DNA of 64,000 bases from IMG/VR virus record IMGVR_UViG_3300037067_016086, positions 25,816-89,815 of that record; one strand, 5' to 3'. The position numbers were made by a program, and so were the translations under genes. This document shows positions 27,388 through 34,588 of the stretch, piece after piece. The stretch comes from a virus (taxonomy: Duplodnaviria > Caudoviricetes). A model generated the notes under the pieces. The model was not told the DNA's origin. It worked only from the letters and a program-made list of their open reading frames with translations, and made no database searches. Each line of letters begins with the position of its first letter. The first letter of the stretch is position 1.

Positions 27388-27761
27388 CTTGCCCGTCGCT
27401 TTTTCCCGCGCAGCAGGTTCAGGGCGCGCAGCCGCCGGTACTTGGCCGACATCACGCGGAGCACGGCCTCTGGGCGCCACGCGTGCCCCGTCCACTTGGC
27501 GTAGCCGTAGTGCCCCTTCATCTTGTCGTTGAGGTAGCGCCCGGCGCTGGGGGCCTTCTGAAAGCGCGTCCAGACCATGCGCGGCACCTTGACGTAGCGG
27601 TACAGCGCTCCCGGCTTCGGGCGGCGCCCTCCGTCACCCGCGCGGAAGCGAACGAACAGCATGCGCGCCTGGTCGTCGTAGCCGATCTCGTAGATCGTGC
27701 TGCTCTCGACCTTCGTCATCGCGGGCATGCCCTCGGGATCATCTGGGAAGCGCTGTGGCAT
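27384..27761 (-). CDS. KTSC-domain protein
   Basis: VESSTIYEIGYD...LFVRF...YRYVKVP...F.KAPSAGRYLN. Confidence 0.85.
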   Translation of the reverse strand: MPQRFPDDPEGMPAMTKVESSTIYEIGYDDQARMLFVRFRAGDGGRRPKPGALYRYVKVPRMVWTRFQKAPSAGRYLNDKMKGHYGYAKWTGHAWRPEAVLRVMSAKYRRLRALNLLRGKKRRAS

Positions 27762-27835
27762 GGTTCCATCCTACTACGGGGCGAGCCCCGATCTCAATCT
27801 CCGAAGTGGGCAAAAGCGACATGAGAATTGACGGG

Positions 27836-28771
27836 TCAGGAAACATTAACCAGCTCCTCGATTATTCGCTCAACCTTGTGGATGTCTCGGTAGGCTATTC
27901 GCGTCAGAGTAAACCCGTTTGTCAATGCGAAGTGATCCTTGATCTTGTCGTTCTCAACGGTTGCCCGGTAGGCTGCGACACCACCCCATGAGGCAACGGG
28001 CGTTACGTGCTGCTCTCCATCAAACTCTACTAAGTGATGAATGCTCCCGACTGAAAATGCAAAATCAAACGGCAGCATGTTGCCTTTCTTTGAGCGACAT
28101 TTTGTGATCCTAAACTGTCGCTGGTATGGAAGTCCCAATCGCTCCAGTGTTCGGCAAATACGCTCCTCTCCTTTTGATAGCGCACACCGAAGGCATCCTC
28201 CGTTCTGGAGATGCGCACGGGCGACCTGAGTGAACGCCCCGTGCTTTTTGCAAATTATCACAACTGGATCAAGTCCTCCCGTGTACTTAACCAGCGAGTA
28301 GTCGAACCTGCTTCCCCACAGCCTACTGGCTTTAGCGACCCACGCGGATTGCGACATTGTATTTGCTTTGGAAAGAACTGCCGCCATGCACCTGGGGCAC
28401 CCTCTTCCTGCTATGTGATGGTACGCCTTTTGCCTGAATGCTCCATGATCTGGGCATGTGATGGTCACGAGCCCGGACATTTTTACGTAGTCTGAATACG
28501 TGTACTTCCCGTGGTGTGCAATAGACGCCCTCCGCGTGAACTCACGCTCGGGTGTTGACTTCGCCTTGGAGAAGGAACACGCGGAGCACGCCTTGCATCC
28601 TCCGCGTTTTTGTAGGTGAACCCGAGCCTCAACCGTAAATGGCCCGTGTATCCTACACCGGACGGTTACGGGACTAGATGCTCCAGCATATTCCGTGCTG
28701 TCGTAGTCGAACCTATCGCCGTGCTTGAGTTTGGCCCGTGCGACCCAATCAGCCGTGGTTAGTTTTGCCAT
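27836..28771 (-). CDS. homing endonuclease with repeated CPxHG zinc-binding units and C-terminal PD-(D/E)XK/Vsr-like nuclease
   Basis: repeats HGDRFDY..V.C..HG.F; LPFDF...VEFDGEQH; AT-rich. Confidence 0.85.
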   Translation of the reverse strand: MAKLTTADWVARAKLKHGDRFDYDSTEYAGASSPVTVRCRIHGPFTVEARVHLQKRGGCKACSACSFSKAKSTPEREFTRRASIAHHGKYTYSDYVKMSGLVTITCPDHGAFRQKAYHHIAGRGCPRCMAAVLSKANTMSQSAWVAKASRLWGSRFDYSLVKYTGGLDPVVIICKKHGAFTQVARAHLQNGGCLRCALSKGEERICRTLERLGLPYQRQFRITKCRSKKGNMLPFDFAFSVGSIHHLVEFDGEQHVTPVASWGGVAAYRATVENDKIKDHFALTNGFTLTRIAYRDIHKVERIIEELVNVS

Positions 28772-28802
28772 ACCACTACACTGCCACATATCCACCGCAA
28801 TG

Positions 28803-28958
28803 TCAAACTGGGAGCGGCTTCGGGATGTTGGGGTGCGTGAGGATCTTCGGGTCCGCCACGAACGCAGGAGCTGGCACCGGCGCCGGAGGAGGAACCGGAC
28901 GGGGCTCCGGTCGGACGGCCTCGGGCTTCGAGTCGTTCTGGATGAACTTTCCGATCAT
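28803..28958 (-). CDS. Pro-rich 51-aa ORF, possibly truncated by the endonuclease cassette
   Basis: high GC3; TGA stop lies inside the cassette TTGACA. Confidence 0.45.
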   Translation of the reverse strand: MIGKFIQNDSKPEAVRPEPRPVPPPAPVPAPAFVADPKILTHPNIPKPLPV

Positions 28959-29408
28959 CTACGGCAACCTCTCCAGGTTCCACTTCTCCACGCCAGCCTC
29001 CTCGGCGCTCGCGTACTGCATGGACCACTGGTTGCCGAAGCGCCGGAACATCTCCTGCCGAGCCGAGTCGCACGTCCCGGAGATCACGGCGTAGTGGCCA
29101 GCGTGCGCCTGCCCGCAGCCGAACGTGAAGTACCAGTCCTGATTCTCCGTCTTCTCGACGAATTCCACGAACTGCTCCTTCGACACCTGGATCTTGCTGC
29201 CGTCCGTGGCCGGGATCAGATGCAGCATCGGCTTGTCGTCAACACCGTGATGCTTCAGCATGCACGTCTCGCAGCGCAGCGGACCTCCGTCCTTGCCGTA
29301 GAAGTCGAACTGCGGAGTGCAGACCCGCGTGATGCCGCAGTCGCAGCACTTGCAGACCTTGTGCGCCCTGTTCGGACCGTCGTGCGTGATCGTTTCCTCT
29401 TCGTTCAT
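28959..29408 (-). CDS. two-domain hypothetical protein with zinc ribbon
   Basis: CCDC, CETC; WYFTFGCG. Confidence 0.65.
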   Translation of the reverse strand: MNEEETITHDGPNRAHKVCKCCDCGITRVCTPQFDFYGKDGGPLRCETCMLKHHGVDDKPMLHLIPATDGSKIQVSKEQFVEFVEKTENQDWYFTFGCGQAHAGHYAVISGTCDSARQEMFRRFGNQWSMQYASAEEAGVEKWNLERLP

Positions 29409-29917
29409 CTCTCCGACTCCTGTCCCTGCGCCAGGTCCTCTTCCCCGCGCAGAATGGTCAGCGCGTCCTGGTAGCGCCGCGCGATCGTCTGCTCCTCGGG
29501 CGGCAGCTCGTGGAGCCGTCCCAGGTTGTCGAATATGTCCTGGACCTTCACGGCGAATGCGATCGTGTTCCCGCTGTCCTTGATGCGCCGGATGAACTCC
29601 TTGTAGGTCGGCCGGTTCGGCGCCCCCTGCGACGGCCGCGAGAGCAGCTGCACCGCCTCGACCACGGACGCGGAGAACCCCTCGCGCAGCAGCTCGTCCG
29701 CCGTCCAGGGCGTGTCCTCGATCACGTCATGGAGCACCGCGGCCGCCATGGTCTCGTCGCCGTGAACCGACACGCCGACCATGACCCGAAGGGGATGCAG
29801 GACGTACGCCCGACCGATCTTGTCGACCTGTCCCGCGTGCGCCATCACCGCGAACTGGATCGCGTGCTCCAGCGATCCGCGCTCCGCCTTCAGCCACATC
29901 ATCCTCTCCGGTTCCAT
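29405..29917 (-). CDS. HD-domain RelA/SpoT-type hydrolase (small alarmone hydrolase/MESH1-like)
   Basis: AH.GQ...G..Y..HP..V, LHDVIEDT, VK..D..DN. Confidence 0.85.
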   Translation of the reverse strand: MEPERMMWLKAERGSLEHAIQFAVMAHAGQVDKIGRAYVLHPLRVMVGVSVHGDETMAAAVLHDVIEDTPWTADELLREGFSASVVEAVQLLSRPSQGAPNRPTYKEFIRRIKDSGNTIAFAVKVQDIFDNLGRLHELPPEEQTIARRYQDALTILRGEEDLAQGQESER

Positions 29918-29974
29918 CGTTGCTTCCCTCCGTTGGCAGGCCAGCATCGCGCTGGAAATCCATCTCACCCGAAC

Positions 29975-30003
29975 ACTTTACCGCGATCCCGTGCGTTTGT
30001 CAA
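29975..30003 (-). promoter_or_regulatory. sigma70-type promoter
   Basis: TTGACA-N17-TAAAGT. Confidence 0.8.
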
Positions 30004-30004
30004 C

Positions 30005-30020
30005 GCGAACACGTGTTCGC
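30005..30020. promoter_or_regulatory. 16-bp palindrome copy (perfect) abutting the -35 box
   Basis: GCGAACACGTGTTCGC-G-TTGACA. Confidence 0.85.
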
Positions 30021-30021
30021 C

Positions 30022-30492
30022 CTACGCTGCGTCCCATCTCTCCCAGCATGCGCGGCACAGCTGGTTCCGCTCACCGCCGACCATGTGCAGGATATGCGCC
30101 ACCAGCCGTGATTTTCCCGGAGGAGTGAGGCTGGTCACAACGCGCGCGCTGAGCACGCACTCCACCTGCTCCCCACAGCTCGGGCACTTCCAACCGATCG
30201 CGACCCCGCCGTTCGGGAGGCTGCTGGTCTCGTGCTCGACGGGGCCACGCGGCTTCGTCCACCCGAACGGCCACTTCTCCGGGATCGCCTTGTCGTTCTT
30301 GGGCCTCGCGCGCAGCACGCGCAGTCGATCCCCACAGATCTGCGCCCGCGGCTGATCTGCTGGCCGCTTCGGAACGGGATTCGGCCGCGTCATCTCCCGG
30401 ATACGCAACCGTGCGCTCTCCCGCTCGTGCTCCGGCGTGGCCGGGTGATCAGCGAGTGCCCGGAGCTTCTGGAGTAGGTCCTTGCGCTCCAT
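30022..30492 (-). CDS. DUF2786-like N-terminal domain protein
   Basis: KLRALADHPATPEHERESA. Confidence 0.6.
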   Translation of the reverse strand: MERKDLLQKLRALADHPATPEHERESARLRIREMTRPNPVPKRPADQPRAQICGDRLRVLRARPKNDKAIPEKWPFGWTKPRGPVEHETSSLPNGGVAIGWKCPSCGEQVECVLSARVVTSLTPPGKSRLVAHILHMVGGERNQLCRACWERWDAA

Positions 30493-30769
30493 CGGCCGCC
30501 TCCAACTGGCGATCCACCTCGCGGCGGGCGCCGCGCAGGCTGTTCAACTCTGCCCGCAACGTGTTCAGCTCGGCATCGCGCGCCGCCTTCACCTCGGAAA
30601 GAGAGCGCTCCATGTACGCCATCGCCAGGCAGACGCGCTCCAGGACTTCGTCCCGCGCGATCTCCCCCGCCGTCGGTCCGTACGGATCTGGTGTCTTCGC
30701 CAGCTCCCTCTCGCGCTCCGCAACCATGGCGCGAACCTCGTCCATCGTGTACACCCGCGCGTCCAACAT
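30449..30769 (-). CDS. coiled-coil hypothetical protein
   Basis: ORF. Confidence 0.55.
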   Translation of the reverse strand: MLDARVYTMDEVRAMVAERERELAKTPDPYGPTAGEIARDEVLERVCLAMAYMERSLSEVKAARDAELNTLRAELNSLRGARREVDRQLEAADGAQGPTPEAPGTR

Positions 30770-30784
30770 CTACATCCTCCTGTT

Positions 30785-31504
30785 CTACTCCGCCAAGAGC
30801 GGGATCTTCAGGATCTCCGTCCTCTCGTACTTCAGCGCGTCCGCGGCCCAGAACTCCGTCTGCGCCTCCGATTCCGGCAGCCCGCTCGGGAACCACGTGT
30901 GCCGGTACTTGTGCTCGTGCCCCATCAACACGATGTCGGCGCGGCCCAGGACCACGTCGAAGAACTGCTTCGCGTCGTTGAGGCGGCAGAACCAGTCCGT
31001 GTAGAACGGGTTGTGGTGGAGGGCCACCACGCTGATCGCCCGCGCCTTCTTCATCGCGTCCAGCTTGCGCTTCAGCTTCCAGAGGTTCCAGCGTCCGATC
31101 TGCCCCTGCGCGAAGTCCACGATGCTGCCCGTCCGCATGCAGGAGTCCAGCACGATGATCTCGCCGACCGCGATGCCGTCTATCCTGAACATCCACGGCG
31201 TGTCCGCACAGAGCGCATGCCGCAGCTTCGCGAACCGCCGCTGGCACTCCCGGTCGTAGAAGTTCCCGAGCAGCCCAAAGGAATGATTACCGGGAACGAC
31301 AACGATCCGTCCTTTGAAGGGGGAAAGAAGGCGCAACGCATGCGCGTACTGGTTCTCCTTCCCATCATCGACGATGTCCCCGGTAACAACCAGGACATCA
31401 CCGTCGCCCATCATCTCTTGAACCTGACGCAGCTTCCCCTCCACCACGCGGTTGTGCTTCATGTCCCCGCGCAGGTGCAGATCCGAAATGTGCAGAATCC
31501 TCAT
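30785..31504 (-). CDS. calcineurin-like metallophosphoesterase
   Basis: HISDLH, TGDIVD, PGNH, LHH, GHEH. Confidence 0.9.
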   Translation of the reverse strand: MRILHISDLHLRGDMKHNRVVEGKLRQVQEMMGDGDVLVVTGDIVDDGKENQYAHALRLLSPFKGRIVVVPGNHSFGLLGNFYDRECQRRFAKLRHALCADTPWMFRIDGIAVGEIIVLDSCMRTGSIVDFAQGQIGRWNLWKLKRKLDAMKKARAISVVALHHNPFYTDWFCRLNDAKQFFDVVLGRADIVLMGHEHKYRHTWFPSGLPESEAQTEFWAADALKYERTEILKIPLLAE

Positions 31505-32010
31505 GGCATCCACCTCTTTCCCGTGACGACTCGGCTAATCTGTGCCCTTGAAATTCTGAACTCCTCCGCAAGATCCTTCTGCAACTCGCCACGTCCAACG
31601 CGCAGACGAATCTCCTCCACCATGGTTTCCGTCAGCTTCACCGATGCCGGGTTAGAACGGATTCTGTTCTCGCGAGCCGTCCTTCCAATGGGCATCCGCC
31701 CACGATCCCGGCAATCACGCGCGTTCTGCTTTGCATCCCCAGCGTACAGGTGGTCTGGGTTCACGCACCAGGGCCGGTCGCACCGATGCAAAACCATCGG
31801 CGCGCCAATGGCAGGCTCCGTGGGCCACGGCAAAGACTCCACCCCGCCCCACAGCAGCAGACTTGCCACGTGCGCACGGTAATTGTGTCCGTGCTCGCGA
31901 AATATTCCATATCCATCACTGCCCAGAGCACCGGTCCATTCCCAGCAATCATCAATCTGGCGCACCTGAACCTGGCGCATGAACCGAGTCCGCATGCCAG
32001 ACTTCCGCAT
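31501..32010 (-). CDS. HNH endonuclease with C-terminal HTH
   Basis: CWEWTG..GYG..AH...VLHRCDRPWCVNPDHL...N; HTH QKDLAEEFRISRAQIS. Confidence 0.9.
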   Translation of the reverse strand: MRKSGMRTRFMRQVQVRQIDDCWEWTGALGSDGYGIFREHGHNYRAHVASLLLWGGVESLPWPTEPAIGAPMVLHRCDRPWCVNPDHLYAGDAKQNARDCRDRGRMPIGRTARENRIRSNPASVKLTETMVEEIRLRVGRGELQKDLAEEFRISRAQISRVVTGKRWMP

Positions 32011-32012
32011 GG

Positions 32013-32261
32013 CTACCTCCCCACCCACTGGTCACGCGGGACCTCCGCGCCACCCTTGTCCACAGCCACACGGTTTTCCGCGCTGCTGCTCACCCGATGC
32101 CCGTTCTCGCACTGGCGCCCGTGCCCCTTGCGCAGATCCTCCAGATTGTGCGGCCCCGGACACCGGCAGGAACCAACGAACTTCCCGCCGCACACGGGGC
32201 ACGGCTCACCGTACGGCCACTCCTTCTTCGCCCCCTCCAACTCCTCGAACAACTTCCGCAT
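32013..32261 (-). CDS. small Cys-rich hypothetical protein
   Basis: GGAGG RBS; CPVCG, CRC. Confidence 0.65.
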   Translation of the reverse strand: MRKLFEELEGAKKEWPYGEPCPVCGGKFVGSCRCPGPHNLEDLRKGHGRQCENGHRVSSSAENRVAVDKGGAEVPRDQWVGR

Positions 32262-32270
32262 GGTATCCTC

Positions 32271-32353
32271 CTACAGAACCAGCTCCTGCTGGCCCATCTC
32301 GCGCAGGACTTCCCGGATGTCCCGTCCATCGATCCCGTCTCCAACGGTCACCC
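32271..32353 (-). pseudogene. displaced original C-terminus of the MT-A70 methyltransferase
   Basis: VTVGDGIDGRDIREVLREMGQQELVL* vs active TTIGLGVTGNDIRVDIENLTDQKSLHV*. Confidence 0.8.
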
Positions 32354-32953
32354 CTACCAGACGGTCCGCATCCAATCCACGACACGCTGCAATTCGTCAG
32401 GATTCGAATCTCTTTTCAAATTGTTACAACGCCAACAGACAAGGGCGATGTTTCCCACTACATATCCTTTTTCCAAATGTATCCTATCCAAGCTCGGAGA
32501 ATCATTTCGCTTCCTGCCGTCATGTTTATATGCAACATCAAATTCACGACCACAACACGCGCAATTCCTCTGTGACATCAGCCAGTCTGTCAAATATGCA
32601 ATCGTGAACACGTCTGCATCGAACTGAATTCCGTGCTCCGAACTCCGGATTTGCATGCCACCCCTCATCACAGTGGCGCGAGCATGGAAAGGATCTCTAT
32701 CCTGCTTGATGCGTGCTTGTTCTCGTCTCTTGGGAAGTTCCAATTCTCGACGCTCTGCCCACAAGGCCCTACGTCTTTCCTTGTATGGTTCCCCCTTCTT
32801 CGCCTTCCACTCCCGATGATATTTTCGCCTGCAAACGCGACAAACCCCACTTATTCCATTTCTACAGTCGGGGCTAGGAGTAAAAAAATCCAACGTCTCC
32901 GGTTTCGCTTCCCCGCACTTGCTACACCTTCGCATTCCCTGTTCGCCCGGCAT
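32354..32953 (-). CDS. HNH-like homing endonuclease
   Basis: CSKC..C zinc finger; CACC, SPSLDRI...GYVVGNIALVCWRCNNLK; AT-rich. Confidence 0.85.
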   Translation of the reverse strand: MPGEQGMRRCSKCGEAKPETLDFFTPSPDCRNGISGVCRVCRRKYHREWKAKKGEPYKERRRALWAERRELELPKRREQARIKQDRDPFHARATVMRGGMQIRSSEHGIQFDADVFTIAYLTDWLMSQRNCACCGREFDVAYKHDGRKRNDSPSLDRIHLEKGYVVGNIALVCWRCNNLKRDSNPDELQRVVDWMRTVW

Positions 32954-32989
32954 GCCTAACATCATGGTCCTGTAAATCCGATCGGTCAA

Positions 32990-33532
32990 CTAGACATGCA
33001 GGGATTTCTGATCGGTCAAATTCTCAATATCCACACGAATATCATTCCCGGTAACGCCCAATCCTATGGTCGTCCATCCCGGACGCGTGGCGCGCGCGAA
33101 CAGCTCCAGGCGCCGCGTGCCAGCCATCAGATCCTCGATCTCGCGGTACACCTCGTCCGGCTTCTGCGAGTGCTCGCGCACTTTGGCCTGCACGATCTGG
33201 TGCACACCCGCGCTCGCTCGCTTCGGGCTGCCGCGCACTCCCAGCAGGACCAGCTCCGCGTTGGCCCGCGTGTAGCTGCCCATGCCCCAGTGCAGCTTGC
33301 CGTTGGTCGTGCGCTTTTCCCAAACGAACGCGACCGTTTTGTACTTGAACCCGTACGCCGCCATGACGCGCAGCGCCACGTCGATCTGCGGACACGTGGC
33401 CCACAGGAAGAGCGCGCAGTCCGGAGCGGCCAGCTTGCCCACCGGCAATGCCGCGATGTCGTCCGCGGTCATGGTCTTGTAGTGGAACCCTGCTCCGCGC
33501 TCTCCAGCCTGCTGCTTGTCCGAATAGGCCAT
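32990..33532 (-). CDS. MT-A70-family adenine methyltransferase core lacking the DPPW motif in frame
   Basis: HYKTM..DIAALPV, LFLWAT, W.K, G.YTR.N.E..L.G..G, HSQKP, LELFAR. Confidence 0.9.
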   Translation of the reverse strand: MAYSDKQQAGERGAGFHYKTMTADDIAALPVGKLAAPDCALFLWATCPQIDVALRVMAAYGFKYKTVAFVWEKRTTNGKLHWGMGSYTRANAELVLLGVRGSPKRASAGVHQIVQAKVREHSQKPDEVYREIEDLMAGTRRLELFARATRPGWTTIGLGVTGNDIRVDIENLTDQKSLHV

Positions 33533-33576
33533 CAGGACCACGGTGGGTCGGCGCAAATCACGTCGTATCTACCCAC
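33532..33576 (-). CDS. 14-codon replacement MTase N-terminus carrying DPPW
   Basis: GAGGA RBS, GTG GGT AGA TAC GAC GTG ATT TGC GCC GAC CCA CCG TGG TCC TGA; TGATG overlap with the core ORF. Confidence 0.75.
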   Translation of the reverse strand: MGRYDVICADPPWS

Positions 33577-34243
33577 CGTGGTACCATCCTCGCTTTGTCG
33601 CATATCCCTGAACCAACCTTTCGAAATCCTCTTCACCCAGGGAACTTTTCGCCCAGTTGTACCAATTGCAAACCACATGAACATTCGAACGGACGTATCC
33701 GCGCGTAGAGTCGATCCGATCAAGGCTTGCAGTAAAAGGCTCCCGATACGGTTGCCCCGTATGAAGCCGACGAAGCGCAATGCCCGTCGAGTCACAACAA
33801 AAATCATTCTTTTCCATGAGGGAAAAAACAAACACTTTGTCGATGTCGAATTCCATTCCAGACTTCCTAGCACGATACCGAGATCTACGAACCATATCGG
33901 CTGCGATGCCACGCCAAGAATTCCGGTAAACATCAACACCACTCTGTTCGCATGGACGACAAACACTCCCCAGATAATTCTCGGATTTGTTTTCGATGAG
34001 CTTGTGCCGCATTCGAAATTGGGATCGATCCTTGATCGCCCCACACACTAAGCACTTTTTCAGTCTATCAACTCCGAGTTTCTCCCGCATGGCACGCAGC
34101 CCACCCATGGACTGCTGCATCACGCCCAGCATCCCTATCAGGTTCCTCTTTCGGAAGATGCTCACCGGCGGAATCAGCCCAAACTCATCGATAAGTTTGC
34201 GCAATTCCAATTCCACCGACTCCGATGTCCACTTCTTTTTCAT
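33569..34243 (-). CDS. HNH-like homing endonuclease
   Basis: CLVC..CRPC; SLDRIDSTRGYVRSNVHVVCNWYNWAK; AT-rich. Confidence 0.85.
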   Translation of the reverse strand: MKKKWTSESVELELRKLIDEFGLIPPVSIFRKRNLIGMLGVMQQSMGGLRAMREKLGVDRLKKCLVCGAIKDRSQFRMRHKLIENKSENYLGSVCRPCEQSGVDVYRNSWRGIAADMVRRSRYRARKSGMEFDIDKVFVFSLMEKNDFCCDSTGIALRRLHTGQPYREPFTASLDRIDSTRGYVRSNVHVVCNWYNWAKSSLGEEDFERLVQGYATKRGWYHGG

Positions 34244-34250
34244 GATCCCA

Positions 34251-34319
34251 TCATACCAGAATTCCATTTGTCGTCAAGGTCCACGGAGGGTCCATCGCGA
34301 TGACGTCGAATCCGCTCAT
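34251..34319 (-). pseudogene. displaced original N-terminus of the MT-A70 methyltransferase
   Basis: ATGA-coupled MSGFDVIAMDPPW then TLTTNGILV* read through the cassette promoter. Confidence 0.9.
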
Positions 34320-34561
34320 CGATCCACCCCCTGGACCACCAGGGTCACCTGGAGCCGGTAGTCGTTGTCGGGATGCTTCTCGTAGAAGTCCATCTCGCGG
34401 ATGCTGTTGGAGCTGGCACCGTGCGGGCCCGCCTCGTCCTGCGAAACCATGATGTCGGAGAGCCGAACCAGACGCTGATCATAGAGCGCCTTGGAGGCGT
34501 CCAGAATCTGCTTGACCAGAGCGTCCCGCGTAGCACGCTGCGCCACCGACATCTTCGCCAT
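34316..34561 (-). CDS. hypothetical protein
   Basis: ORF MAKMSVAQ. Confidence 0.6.
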   Translation of the reverse strand: MAKMSVAQRATRDALVKQILDASKALYDQRLVRLSDIMVSQDEAGPHGASSNSIREMDFYEKHPDNDYRLQVTLVVQGVDR

Positions 34562-34588
34562 CTGATAGCCGCCTCTGCCTGCCATGCC

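Noticed and set aside
33530-34280. Endonuclease cassettes as self-splicing group I introns
   Set aside because: The termini are duplicated and the cassettes carry their own RBS and promoter. For the MTase, no in-frame join I tried had both a 5' exon ending in U and an intron ending in G. Not formally excluded without RT-PCR.
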